64,000 nt of DNA from assembly GCA_900556625.1 (NCBI GenBank), contig USPQ01000007.1, positions 1,814-65,813 of the forward strand, in the 5' to 3' direction. The translations under genes were made by a program, and so were the position numbers. Under the pieces are notes generated by a model. It had not been told where the DNA came from. It made no database searches and saw nothing but the letters and a program-made list of their open reading frames with translations. This DNA comes from an uncultured Bacteroides sp. Lineage in GTDB: Bacteria; Bacteroidota; Bacteroidia; Bacteroidales; Bacteroidaceae. Shown here piece after piece: positions 1-10,324 of this stretch (positions within the stretch are counted from its first letter, which is position 1; each line of letters starts with the position of its first letter).

Positions 1-1290
1 GCTTTTGAAAAGATGATGGAGGATTTTGCGAATGTCAGTGGCTATAGTGAATTGAAAAATGCGCCTATTGTCCCTTTAGGACATTCGGCAATGGCTACCT
101 ATCCGTGGAACTTCGCAGCCTGGAATCCCGACCGCACACTAGCCATTATCTCTTTGCATGGAGATGCGCCGCGCACTAACCTTACCGGATATGGTCGTGA
201 CAATATGGAGTGGGGGAAACGTACGATTGACGGCATCCCTGGATTGATGATTGAAGGCGAATACGAATGGTGGGAAGACCGTGTAAATCCGGCTTTGGCA
301 TTCCGTATGATGTATCCTAAAAGTTGCGTCTCTTTCCTTTGCGACACAGGACGAGGACATTTCGATATAGCCGACCGCACCGCTGATTATATTGCGTTGT
401 TCTTAAAGAAAGCACTGGAATATCGTATGCCTGCAACGTATGATTTGAATAAGCCTGTGGAATTGAAGAAACTGAATCCGCAGAATGGCTGGCTTGCCGA
501 AAGGTGGCATCCGAATCAGAAGAAACGTGCAAAAGCTGCTCCTTATAAAGAGTATAAAGGAGACTCGCACGATGCATTCTGGTATTTCGATAAGGAAATG
601 GCTGAAATGACGGAAGAACGCTATCGCCGGGAGAGAGGGAAGAAACCACAATATTTAGGTTTCGTACAAAAGGGGCAATTACTCACATATAATCCCAAAT
701 CCCATGTGAAAGTTGCCGCCCGCTTCCTGCCGGAAAAAGACGGATTGACTTTTCATCTGAAAGCTGTATATACGGATAGCTTGCATACTGCAATTTCTGA
801 CGAACATTCGCTCACTTCTCCTGAAATAACCCGTATCTGTGGCCCGGTTCAGAAAGTGAACGACACAACCTTTACTGTCCGTTTCTACCGTATGGGGATG
901 TACAATAAGCGTCGTACGGGAGATATTTGCCTTCTAGCCGGTAATGACGGTGACAAGCACTATAAAAGCACAGTTCAGGAACTTAGTTTCCGGATTCCTT
1001 ATCGCAATACGGAAGGTAAACGCCAGCATATTCTTTTTCCGGGTCTTGACGATGTGAAGAAAGGCACGGAAACTATCTCTTTACATGCAACTTCCGATTG
1101 CGGGCTACCCGTATATTACTACGTGAAAGAAGGGCCGGCAGAAATAGAGGGAAACAAGTTGGTATTTACTCGAATTCCCCCACGCAGTAAGTTCCCGTTG
1201 AAAGTGACTGTGGTGGCATGGCAATATGGATTGGCAGGAGAAGTACAGACTGCCGAACCGGTAGAACGGAGTTTTTTCATTTATCCATGA
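1..1290 (+). CDS. Alpha/beta-hydrolase-fold protein, putative carbohydrate esterase (5'-truncated by window edge)
   Basis: Frame open from base 1; nucleophile-elbow-like PIVPLGHSAMA motif; first visible gene of the PUL. Confidence 0.6.
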   Translation, partial: AFEKMMEDFANVSGYSELKNAPIVPLGHSAMATYPWNFAAWNPDRTLAIISLHGDAPRTNLTGYGRDNMEWGKRTIDGIPGLMIEGEYEWWEDRVNPALAFRMMYPKSCVSFLCDTGRGHFDIADRTADYIALFLKKALEYRMPATYDLNKPVELKKLNPQNGWLAERWHPNQKKRAKAAPYKEYKGDSHDAFWYFDKEMAEMTEERYRRERGKKPQYLGFVQKGQLLTYNPKSHVKVAARFLPEKDGLTFHLKAVYTDSLHTAISDEHSLTSPEITRICGPVQKVNDTTFTVRFYRMGMYNKRRTGDICLLAGNDGDKHYKSTVQELSFRIPYRNTEGKRQHILFPGLDDVKKGTETISLHATSDCGLPVYYYVKEGPAEIEGNKLVFTRIPPRSKFPLKVTVVAWQYGLAGEVQTAEPVERSFFIYP

Positions 1291-1366
1291 AATATTAAAT
1301 TCGTATTTTTGCATTGAGTAATAGGCGGAGTCTATTCGTATCCAATAATAAATAAGGATATTAAAA

Positions 1367-3295
1367 ATGATTATGAATAAGAAATCTTTAGTTGCAATCG
1401 CATTATTGGCAGTATCGGCTATATCGTCGGCTCAATCTGTGTACCCCGGACAGCACCAGGGGAAAATGAAAAAAGAGACAGTGGCTCCTGTTCGGGTAGA
1501 AAGTTTTGATTTGAAGGACGTCCGTTTATTACCGAGTCGTTTTCGTGACAATATGTTACGGGATTCTGCATGGATGACTTCCATTGATGTGAATCGTTTG
1601 CTGCATAGCTTCCGGACAAATGCCGGAGTCTTTGCCGGTCGTGAAGGCGGTTATATGACAGTGAAAAAACTCGGTGGTTGGGAATCCTTGGACTGTGAAC
1701 TTCGCGGACATACTACCGGACATCTGCTTTCGGCTTACGCTTTGATGTATGCCGCTACCGGAAGTGAGATTTTCAAGCTGAAAGGGGATAGCCTTGTCAA
1801 CGGGCTGACCGAAGTTCAGAATGCTTTGAAAGGCGGATATTTAAGTGCTTTTCCCGAAGAACTGATAAACCGTAATATCCGTGGAAAGAGTGTTTGGGCA
1901 CCTTGGTACACCTTGCATAAGCTTTATTCCGGTCTGATAGACCAATATCTGTATGCGGATAATCAGCAGGCTTTGAAAACAGTGACCAAAATGGGCGACT
2001 GGGCTTATAACAAACTGAAACCACTTAGTGAAGAAACCCGCAAACTCATGATACGCAATGAGTTTGGAGGTGTCAACGAATCATTCTACAATTTGTATGC
2101 TATCACAGGAGATGAACGTTACCGTTGGTTGGCCGAATATTTCTACCATAATGATGTAATTGACCCGTTGAAAGAACTTCGGGACGATTTGGGAACCAAA
2201 CATACGAATACGTTTATCCCGAAAGTCATAGCCGAAGCGCGTAACTATGAACTGACAGAGAATGAGACCAGCAAAAAGCTCTCGGAATTCTTCTGGCATA
2301 CCATGATTGACCACCATACTTTTGCTCCGGGATGCAGTAGTGATAAGGAGCATTTTTTCGACCCGAAGAAATTTTCTAAACACTTGACCGGCTATACCGG
2401 AGAAACCTGCTGTACTTATAATATGTTGAAACTTAGTCGTCATCTTTTCTGTTGGACGGGCGATTCATCTATTGCCGATTATTATGAAAGGGCACTATAT
2501 AATCATATCCTGGGACAGCAAGATCCGGAAACAGGAATGGTTACTTATTTCTTACCCTTACTTTCGGGCTCACATAAACTGTATAGTACCAAAGAGAACT
2601 CTTTTTGGTGTTGTGTCGGCAGTGGATTTGAAAATCATGCTAAATATGGAGAAGCTATCTACTACCACAACAACCAGGGAATCTACGTAAATCTGTTTAT
2701 TCCTTCCCAAGTCACTTGGAAAGAAAAAGGGTTAACCCTTCTCCAGGAAACGGAATTTCCGAAAGAGGAAACGACCCGGTTTACTATTCGTGCCGAGAAA
2801 CCGGTTCGTACTACTGTTTATCTAAGATATCCTTCATGGAGTAAAAAAGCGGAAGTTCTTGTGAACGGTAAAAAAGTAGCAGTAAAACAAAAGCCGGGTT
2901 CTTACATCGCTATCACCCGTGACTGGAAAGATAATGACCGTATCTCGGCTACTTACCCGATGCAGATTGCATTGGAAGCCACTCCCGATAATCCGAATAA
3001 GGTAGCTTTATTGTATGGCCCGTTAGTGCTTGCCGGAGAACGGGGTACGGAAGGTATGCAGGCTCCCGCACCTTTCTCTAATCCAGCTCTTTATAATGAT
3101 TATTATACTTATAATTTCCATGTACCTGCCGATTTGCGTACCTCATTGAAAGTAGATATGAAACATCCGGAACGTACTTTGCAGCGTACAGGAAAAGAAC
3201 TGAAATTTACAACAGAACAAGGAGATGTGATTCGTCCGCTTTATGATTTGCATCATCAGCGTTATGTGGTATATTGGGATTTGCAGTCGAAATAG
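1367..3295 (+). CDS. GH127/GH146-type glycoside hydrolase (beta-L-arabinofuranosidase-like)
   Basis: Signal peptide; LRGHTTGH, EFGGVNE, HTNTFIPK, ETCCTYNMLKL and WCCVGSGFENH motifs (Zn-Cys active site). Confidence 0.85.
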   Translation: MIMNKKSLVAIALLAVSAISSAQSVYPGQHQGKMKKETVAPVRVESFDLKDVRLLPSRFRDNMLRDSAWMTSIDVNRLLHSFRTNAGVFAGREGGYMTVKKLGGWESLDCELRGHTTGHLLSAYALMYAATGSEIFKLKGDSLVNGLTEVQNALKGGYLSAFPEELINRNIRGKSVWAPWYTLHKLYSGLIDQYLYADNQQALKTVTKMGDWAYNKLKPLSEETRKLMIRNEFGGVNESFYNLYAITGDERYRWLAEYFYHNDVIDPLKELRDDLGTKHTNTFIPKVIAEARNYELTENETSKKLSEFFWHTMIDHHTFAPGCSSDKEHFFDPKKFSKHLTGYTGETCCTYNMLKLSRHLFCWTGDSSIADYYERALYNHILGQQDPETGMVTYFLPLLSGSHKLYSTKENSFWCCVGSGFENHAKYGEAIYYHNNQGIYVNLFIPSQVTWKEKGLTLLQETEFPKEETTRFTIRAEKPVRTTVYLRYPSWSKKAEVLVNGKKVAVKQKPGSYIAITRDWKDNDRISATYPMQIALEATPDNPNKVALLYGPLVLAGERGTEGMQAPAPFSNPALYNDYYTYNFHVPADLRTSLKVDMKHPERTLQRTGKELKFTTEQGDVIRPLYDLHHQRYVVYWDLQSK

Positions 3296-3310
3296 AAAAA
3301 TTTAAGAACG

Positions 3311-3390
3311 AATTACACGAATTACGCGGTTTTATAATTATAATTGCATCAAATATAATTGCATCAAACAACAGCGTAGTTCGTGTAATT
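3311..3390. repeat. Intergenic palindromic element containing an exact 15-bp tandem duplication
   Basis: Arms aattacacgaattacgc (3311-3327) and gcgtagttcgtgtaatt (3374-3390), 16/17 complementary; tataattgcatcaaa at 3339-3353 and 3354-3368. Confidence 0.8.
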
Positions 3391-3422
3391 TGTGTTTAAT
3401 ACGAAGTTAATAGATAACGAAA

Positions 3423-4505
3423 ATGAAGGGAAGATTATTAATCATAATTTTTATAAGTATCTGTTTTATTGCAGGTTCCTGCAATGTATCATCCGTACAA
3501 GGGAGTCGTTATAACTTCTCTTCATTAGATTCTGTTATTCAAGGCTGGGTGAGTAAAGAGTACTATCCAGGTGCTTCTATCTGTGTAGTAAAGAATGATT
3601 CTGTCATTTTTCAGAAGAACTATGGTAGCTATACTCCTGATACAAAAGTATACGTAGCCTCTGCCGGAAAATGGGTGGCGGCTGCTGTTATCGGAGCGGT
3701 TGTGGATAGTACCAGTTTGGACTGGGATGACCCTGTGGAAAAGTGGTTGCCGGAATTTAAGGGAGATGCCAAAGGAAAAATCCTTTTGCGACAATTGTTA
3801 TCTCATACTTCCGGAGTGCGTCCCTATCTTCCTGAACCGCGTGTAGATAATTACAATCATCTGGATTCCGCCATTATTGAGATATTGCCGTTAGATACGG
3901 TTTTTACTCCGGGAAGCCGGTTCCAATATGGAGGACTTGCCATGCAGATTGCCGGAAGAATGGCGGAAGTGGCAATGGGAAAGGAGTTTGAAACTCTCTT
4001 TCAAGAACTAATAGCACAGCCATTAGAAATGAAGAATTCTCATTTTACTCCGATAAATACTGATGGCGGACATGCCCCGATGTTAGGTGGTGGTCTGTGT
4101 ACTACCTTGAACGATTATATTCATTTCCTGTCTATGATTTATCACGAAGGAATATATCATGATAAGCGGATACTGACAACCGAGACTGTAAAGGAAATGC
4201 AGGCCGACCAAGTGAAAAATGCTGTTGTTTCTCCCGGAGAATATACGGAAAAAGCATTGGGGCAGTCTCATAATGGCATTTACGGATTAGGTGAGTGGCG
4301 TGAACTGGTCGATAAAAAGACAGGGGAAGCCTATCAAATCAGTTCTCCGGGCTGGTCTGGCGCTTACCCGTGGATCAATAAACGGGAGAATGTTTATGGC
4401 TTCTTTATTGCTCATGTAGTCGGTGCTTCCAGCAAAGAAGATGGTTTCTCGTCTTTTTATGGTAGTTCTGTCATTTCGAGGACAGTTTCAGAGATTGTAA
4501 AGTAG
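3423..4505 (+). CDS. Serine hydrolase, beta-lactamase-like fold (putative esterase), probable lipoprotein
   Basis: SxxK (VASAGK), LLSHTSG, PGSRFQY; lipobox-like IAGSC. Confidence 0.8.
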   Translation: MKGRLLIIIFISICFIAGSCNVSSVQGSRYNFSSLDSVIQGWVSKEYYPGASICVVKNDSVIFQKNYGSYTPDTKVYVASAGKWVAAAVIGAVVDSTSLDWDDPVEKWLPEFKGDAKGKILLRQLLSHTSGVRPYLPEPRVDNYNHLDSAIIEILPLDTVFTPGSRFQYGGLAMQIAGRMAEVAMGKEFETLFQELIAQPLEMKNSHFTPINTDGGHAPMLGGGLCTTLNDYIHFLSMIYHEGIYHDKRILTTETVKEMQADQVKNAVVSPGEYTEKALGQSHNGIYGLGEWRELVDKKTGEAYQISSPGWSGAYPWINKRENVYGFFIAHVVGASSKEDGFSSFYGSSVISRTVSEIVK

Positions 4506-4529
4506 TCATAATTAAATAAACCAAATACC

Positions 4530-6806
4530 ATGAAACAAACTATTATTGCTGTTATCTGTTTTTTGTGTGTTTCTTCATTATATATACAAGCACAAAAAAT
4601 AAATCATCCTTCATTACTGTATACTCCACAACGCATACAGCAAGTGAAACAGCGTATGCAGCATGAACCTAAATTGCAGGAAGCATGGGGAGATATTAAG
4701 AAAACAGCAGATGAAGCTTTGCAAAAGAAAGATTTTAATCGATTAGACTATTTGTCGTTAGCTTATTTGATGACTGATAATAAGGAGTATGCAGACGCAA
4801 TCAAAGAAATCCTCTTGAAAGCTGTGGAAGCCGAATCATGGGGAGATGTGGAAATGATGGCACGTATTCCTGCATGGCGTTCACAACTGGGTATGGCTCA
4901 TAAGAGTTTTCTTTCCGCAGTGGGGTATGATGCTGCATACAATGTCATGTCTTCTTCAGAAAGAAAAAAGATAGCCGAAGGATTGAAACGGTTAGCCGTA
5001 GAACCGGCATTGGGAGACTGGTTGTTGGAACCGACCCGTATTCACTCATTGAATTCGATGGGACATAATTGGTGGACCTCCTGTGTTTGTCAGGGTGGAA
5101 TATTGGCTTTGAGTCTTCAAAATGAACTTCCTGAAGTTAAAGAATGGGTGGAGCAACTTCACGAATCACTTCCTGAATGGTTTGATTTTGCCGGTGATGT
5201 ATTGCAACAGAAAGCAAAGAGTTTTGATGAGGCCGGTGGAATGTATGAAAGTCTGAATTACGCCAACTTTGGTATTCAGGAAGCTTTGTTGTTTAGGATA
5301 GCTTGGATAAATACTCATCCCGGACAGAATCCGGGTGATATTCCTCAATTGGCAAAATTGCCGAGTTACTTCTCACAAGTCTGCTATCCGCGTACAGGTA
5401 TGCTGCATAGTTTGAATTTTGGAGATAGCCATAAAAATGTATCGGCAGAATCCAGCATGATGTTATTGTATGCATTGGGGGTGAAAGATCCAACTATTTT
5501 GTGGTATATAGCCCAGGTGGAACAAGGACAACATCGTGATGGCTTTTTCCTGAATCGTCCCATGGGCTTCCTTTACACTCCTGATTTGAGTAAGGCGCCC
5601 GCTGTCCCTCAACTGCCGACTTCTCAATTATTTGCCGATTTTGGTTGGGCTACGATGCGTGATTCGTGGGAAAAGGATGCTACGATGCTGGCTGTAAAAA
5701 GCGGTCATACATGGAATCATTCTCACGCAGATGCCAATTCATTTATTGTCTTTCATAAAGGGGTAGATATTATTAAAGATGCGGGAAACTGCTGGTATCC
5801 TAATCCTGCTTATCGGAATTATTTCTTTCAAAGTCAAGCGCATAATGTAGTATTGTTTAATGGAGAGGGACAACCTCGTGAGCAGCAGTACGGCGGTTCT
5901 ACTTTGAGAGGATATTTGCATCATCTTCTGGATGCGGGAAATGTGAAGTATGTTATGGCTAATGGAACAGGTCCTGTATCTAATAATTTCAGTCGTAATT
6001 TCCGTCATTTCCTTTGGATGGATAATGTTATTTATATGATTGATGATTTGAAAACACATAAAATAGGGCAATTTGAATGGTTATGGCATACGAACGGGAC
6101 ATATAAAAAGTCGGGAGTTGACGTGAATGTGACGAATGGTAACTCATCGGTTGTGATTCGTCCGTTATATCCTCGTTTGCTGGCTAAATCCGATTTTGTG
6201 CATGACTACCCGGAAGATTTGTATTGGGAAGAAATAGAAGCTCCCACTGAAGATTTGAAAGGCACTGAAACCTATTATTCATTTCATTTGCCGGCAGAAG
6301 TCAATCGTGTAAAAGGGCTGACAGCTATTATATTAAAGGAGACTCCCAATGAGAAAGACTTGCCACAAATGGAACGGCGGGAAGGACAAGATTGGATTGG
6401 ACTTCGTATCCGTCATAAAGGGAAAGTGACCGATCTTTATATTAATCAATTAGCGGACGGCAGGCTAATGCACAGCAACTCATGGATTATGCCGGATGGT
6501 TGGATGACAGATGCTTATATGTTTGCTGTCTCTTATCCCGAAGGTACTGAAGCTGCTGACGCAAAAGATTTCTTTATCTGTCATGGCAGTGCATTGAGAC
6601 GCGATAAGGAGACTTATTTTTCTTCTCTTTCCAAATTATTTGTAATTCAGAAAGAAGAAGGTAAAAAGTTGAACCTTTGGATAGACGGGCAACCGAAGAT
6701 CCATGCAACGTTCAGAAGTGAGAAGAAACCGACAACTGTTATTGTGAATGGTAATAACTTCCCTGTTGTTTACAAAAACGCTCATGTGAAAGTGAAATAT
6801 CAATAA
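4530..6806 (+). CDS. Heparinase II/III-like polysaccharide lyase
   Basis: Signal peptide, HPSLLY, HNWW, ESLNY, HSHADANSF and AHNVVLFNG motifs. Confidence 0.8.
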   Translation: MKQTIIAVICFLCVSSLYIQAQKINHPSLLYTPQRIQQVKQRMQHEPKLQEAWGDIKKTADEALQKKDFNRLDYLSLAYLMTDNKEYADAIKEILLKAVEAESWGDVEMMARIPAWRSQLGMAHKSFLSAVGYDAAYNVMSSSERKKIAEGLKRLAVEPALGDWLLEPTRIHSLNSMGHNWWTSCVCQGGILALSLQNELPEVKEWVEQLHESLPEWFDFAGDVLQQKAKSFDEAGGMYESLNYANFGIQEALLFRIAWINTHPGQNPGDIPQLAKLPSYFSQVCYPRTGMLHSLNFGDSHKNVSAESSMMLLYALGVKDPTILWYIAQVEQGQHRDGFFLNRPMGFLYTPDLSKAPAVPQLPTSQLFADFGWATMRDSWEKDATMLAVKSGHTWNHSHADANSFIVFHKGVDIIKDAGNCWYPNPAYRNYFFQSQAHNVVLFNGEGQPREQQYGGSTLRGYLHHLLDAGNVKYVMANGTGPVSNNFSRNFRHFLWMDNVIYMIDDLKTHKIGQFEWLWHTNGTYKKSGVDVNVTNGNSSVVIRPLYPRLLAKSDFVHDYPEDLYWEEIEAPTEDLKGTETYYSFHLPAEVNRVKGLTAIILKETPNEKDLPQMERREGQDWIGLRIRHKGKVTDLYINQLADGRLMHSNSWIMPDGWMTDAYMFAVSYPEGTEAADAKDFFICHGSALRRDKETYFSSLSKLFVIQKEEGKKLNLWIDGQPKIHATFRSEKKPTTVIVNGNNFPVVYKNAHVKVKYQ

Positions 6807-6833
6807 ATCTTCAATAGCATTGAGTAAATAATT

Positions 6834-6889
6834 TCTCCCCTTCGTATTTGTTTATCACATATAACAGATACGAAGGGGAGACTTTTTTT
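6834..6889 (+). terminator. Rho-independent terminator
   Basis: Stem tctccccttcgtatttgtt / aacagatacgaaggggaga followed by T-run. Confidence 0.85.
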
Positions 6890-6900
6890 ATAAGAAGGAA

Positions 6901-6932
6901 TGTGCTCTTTTGGAGATTTTTATGTATGTTTG
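6901..6932 (+). promoter_or_regulatory. Bacteroides primary-sigma promoter for the sensor-AraC gene
   Basis: TATGTTTG (6925-6932) matches TAnnTTTG; TGTG 20 nt upstream. Confidence 0.6.
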
Positions 6933-6965
6933 TCACATGTTTAATATGAAAGGAAGCGGTTGTAA

Positions 6966-9794
6966 GTGAAGAACACGATTAAATATCTGATTCTTTTAAT
7001 AATGTGTTTGGCTTGCGGTGTAAATCTGCAAGCCCAGAATTATACATTTCGTAATGTAGTCATGTCCGATGGACTGTCCGGGCTATTGGTGAACGCCATT
7101 TATAAAGACTCGGAAGGTTTTGTCTGGCTAGGAACAGATAATTGTCTCGATCGTTTTGATGGTGTGAAAGTTCGACATTATGAATTTCGAGGCGTGGATT
7201 CCGGAAGGAAGAAACGGGTGAACTGCATCACGGAAACAGCCGACAATCAGCTTTGGGTGGGAAACGGTATCGGACTTTGGCGTCTGAATCGTGCAAACGG
7301 ACAGCTGGAGAGAATTGTTCCCGAAAAGATAGATTTTGCTGTAAATACCTTACTTCCGGATGGAGATATTCTCTATATCGGTACGGAGAAAGGATTGTTC
7401 ATCCAAAAGGACGGGCAATTGCTCCAAGTATTGACCGACCGGAATATGCTGGCTGCCTGTAATCGAATTATGGACCTCTGTCTGAATGAAGATAAAAGTG
7501 CGTTATGGCTGGCTACAGTGCAAGGTTTATTCTCTTATTCATTGAAAGATGGTAAGATTGATTCCTGGCATTTTCAGGAGAATGTTCCCGAAGCCGATTA
7601 CTTCCGCTGCCTGACTCGTATTGGAGAAACCCTTTATCTAGGTACAATGAGCCAGGGAGTAGTTCGTTTCGATATAAACAAAAAGAGCTTTTCGCATACG
7701 GTGTCTTTAGGCTGTGATGTCATTTCCGACATATCCAGTGATGGAAAGGAGACAATATACATTGCAACAGATGGTAATGGCGTTCATTTCCTTTCGCATA
7801 AAGCCCAACAAGTGACCCGTCGTTTTTGTCACGATGTAAGTGATAAAGAAGGTATTCGCAGTAATTCCATTTATTCACTATTGGTGGATGACAGAGGTGC
7901 TGTTTGGGTGGGGCACTTCCAGGCAGGTTTGGATTACTCACTTTATCAGAATGGTCTTTTCCGAACTTATGCTTATCCTCCTCTGTTTAACTCTGCCAAT
8001 CTTTCCATTCGTTCTTTTGTCAACAGAGGACACGAAAAAGTCATCGGTTCACGTGACGGTTTGTATTATATAAATGAAGCTACCGGAGTCGTAAAGAGTT
8101 TTGTGAAACCTGTTTTGACTTCAGATTTGATATTGACAATCTGCTTTTATGAAGGCGAATATTATATCGGTACGTATGGCGGAGGTATGATGGTGTTGAA
8201 TCCGGAGACGTTATCTCTAAAATATTTTGCCCAGGGAGGAGATACAGAGCTGTTTCAGAAAGGACATATCTTTTGTGTGCGACCGGATGAAAAAGGAAAT
8301 CTCTGGATAGGCACTTCACAGGGACTGTTCTGTTATAATAGACAGGCAAAACAGATCAAACACTTTACCAGCGCCAATTCCCAATTGCCGGAAGGTAACG
8401 TTTATGAAGTTAGTTTTGACTCTACCGGCAAAGGATGGATTGCCACGGAAACCGGTATGTGTATATATGATCCTGCTTCTCAAAGTTTACGATCTAATGT
8501 GTTCCCTGAAGGATTTGTGCATAGGGATAAGGTGCGCACCATTTATGAAGATGCCGGACACAACCTTTATTTTATTCGTGAAAAGGGGAGTCTGTTTACC
8601 TCTACTTTAACGATGGATCGTTTTCGGAACCGTTCCGTCTTTTCTACGCTTCCGGACAATTCGCTGATGTCGATCGTGGAAGATAACCAAGGTTGGTTGT
8701 GGGTGGCTTGCAATGATGGATTGTTACGCATAAAGGAAGAAGGAGAAGAGTATGATGCCTTCACTTTCAATGATGGAGTACCGGGACCCACTTTTACGAA
8801 TGGGGCTGCTTATAAAGATGAAAAAGGACTATTGTGGTTTGGTAACACCAAAGGACTAATTTATGTTGATCCGAAACGTGTGGACGAAGTGCGTGGCAAG
8901 GTTCGTCCGATTGTATTTACCGATATACTGGCTAATGGCGTACCTTTTACCAGTTCCTCTTTGAAATACAACCAGAATAATTTGACTTTCTGTTTCACAG
9001 ATTTTGCCTATGGTCTGCCATCTGCCTTACTATATGAATATCGATTGGAGGGAGTGGACAAGGACTGGAAACTATTGGCTGCACAGAACGAAGTTTCTTA
9101 TTACGGACTTTCTTCTGGAACTTATACTTTCCGTGTACGTCTTCCGGGAAATGAGCAATCCGAAGCTAGCTGTCAAGTAACAGTACGCCCTATGATACCT
9201 TGGTGGGGATGGGCACTTTCCGTTTTATTAATCGTAGGAATTATAGCCTTTATACGGTATTATGTTTGGAAACGTATGCGTCGTTTGCTTGCTTCTTCTG
9301 CTTTGTCGATTTCGACATCAACGGAGGAGGAAATACAACAGAGAGAACAAACTGTAGAACAGCCAGAAGTAATTTCAGAGCAACAATCTTACGTTGTTGA
9401 AGAGAAATATAAGACCAATAGACTGACCGAAGAGGAGTGTAAAGAACTTCATAAGAAACTGGTGGCTTATGTAGAGAAAGAAAAGCCATATATCAATCCC
9501 GACTTAAAAATGGGTGACTTGGCTTCTGCATTGGATACTTCTTCACATTCATTATCGTATCTTTTGAACCAGTATCTTAATCAGTCTTACTATGACTTCA
9601 TCAATGAATACCGTGTTACCCAATTCAAAAAGATGGTATCGGATAGCCAATATTCCCGCTATACTTTGACTGCACTGGCAGAACTTTGTGGTTTTAGTTC
9701 GCGTGCTTCTTTCTTCCGTTCATTTAAAAAGAGTACGGGAGTTACTCCGAATGAATACATCCGTAGTATAGGCGGAACAGCCAAAGAAGAGTAA
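6966..9794 (+). CDS. Membrane-anchored sensor-regulator: beta-propeller + Y_Y_Y + TM + AraC, no kinase or receiver domain
   Basis: WLGT/WIGT propeller repeats, YEYRLEG...SGTYTFRV (Y_Y_Y), hydrophobic TM, then EKPYINPDL...GFSSRASFFRSFKKSTGVTP AraC domain; only 942 aa. Confidence 0.85.
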   Translation: MKNTIKYLILLIMCLACGVNLQAQNYTFRNVVMSDGLSGLLVNAIYKDSEGFVWLGTDNCLDRFDGVKVRHYEFRGVDSGRKKRVNCITETADNQLWVGNGIGLWRLNRANGQLERIVPEKIDFAVNTLLPDGDILYIGTEKGLFIQKDGQLLQVLTDRNMLAACNRIMDLCLNEDKSALWLATVQGLFSYSLKDGKIDSWHFQENVPEADYFRCLTRIGETLYLGTMSQGVVRFDINKKSFSHTVSLGCDVISDISSDGKETIYIATDGNGVHFLSHKAQQVTRRFCHDVSDKEGIRSNSIYSLLVDDRGAVWVGHFQAGLDYSLYQNGLFRTYAYPPLFNSANLSIRSFVNRGHEKVIGSRDGLYYINEATGVVKSFVKPVLTSDLILTICFYEGEYYIGTYGGGMMVLNPETLSLKYFAQGGDTELFQKGHIFCVRPDEKGNLWIGTSQGLFCYNRQAKQIKHFTSANSQLPEGNVYEVSFDSTGKGWIATETGMCIYDPASQSLRSNVFPEGFVHRDKVRTIYEDAGHNLYFIREKGSLFTSTLTMDRFRNRSVFSTLPDNSLMSIVEDNQGWLWVACNDGLLRIKEEGEEYDAFTFNDGVPGPTFTNGAAYKDEKGLLWFGNTKGLIYVDPKRVDEVRGKVRPIVFTDILANGVPFTSSSLKYNQNNLTFCFTDFAYGLPSALLYEYRLEGVDKDWKLLAAQNEVSYYGLSSGTYTFRVRLPGNEQSEASCQVTVRPMIPWWGWALSVLLIVGIIAFIRYYVWKRMRRLLASSALSISTSTEEEIQQREQTVEQPEVISEQQSYVVEEKYKTNRLTEEECKELHKKLVAYVEKEKPYINPDLKMGDLASALDTSSHSLSYLLNQYLNQSYYDFINEYRVTQFKKMVSDSQYSRYTLTALAELCGFSSRASFFRSFKKSTGVTPNEYIRSIGGTAKEE

Positions 9795-10144
9795 CTTTTC
9801 GACTTATTATCTCTGAAATCTATTTTGCACCCATATTCCCTTCACCCTTCACTTCTCTCTGTTCATCGGGGATAGAGGGTGAAGGTTCTCGATTCACTGA
9901 GTGACTTTCTTCTTTTCACTTGTTTCTTTCCATTATCTATTAATAGATAAGTTCTTCTTCTCCCTATATAAACTTCTTTTGGTCCTATTGCAAAGTTGTT
10001 TTTTATAGGACGTAATCTATAATTGCAAGCTTTCATTTATAGTTTACCAATCGGTAAGATCGTGAAATGGTGAGATTGAAAAGGAGAGAAAGGTAAGGGC
10101 AAACAGGTGTAAGTGGAGCGAAAATGCGTAAATTTTAGTGTATG

Positions 10145-10243
10145 GAGTCTCATTTTATAAAGTGATACTCTATTTGATGTGAGTGTAAATTATTGGTAAT
10201 GAGAAGTATATGTTTGAATAAGTCTAACTAGATTCGTTGAGAT
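10145..10243. promoter_or_regulatory. Two imperfect GTCTCA-N10-TGAGAC palindromes (candidate AraC operators) upstream of ECF sigma gene
   Basis: gaGTCTCAttttataaagTGATACtc (10145-10170) and GTCTAActagattcgtTGAGAT (10222-10243). Confidence 0.5.
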
Positions 10244-10285
10244 TGATCCGCTTTATTTTGCGACCGTTATATCCGAAATCCCTTC

Positions 10286-10293
10286 TATATTTG
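10286..10293 (+). promoter_or_regulatory. -7 promoter element of ECF sigma gene
   Basis: TATATTTG; favours ATG 10325 over GTG 10298 as start. Confidence 0.65.
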
Positions 10294-10324
10294 CATCGTG
10301 ATTAAAACTGAAAAAGATAGTATT

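Noticed and set aside
3423..4505. Beta-lactam resistance gene
   Set aside because: Has SxxK but lacks YxN and KTG motifs; PUL context favours an esterase
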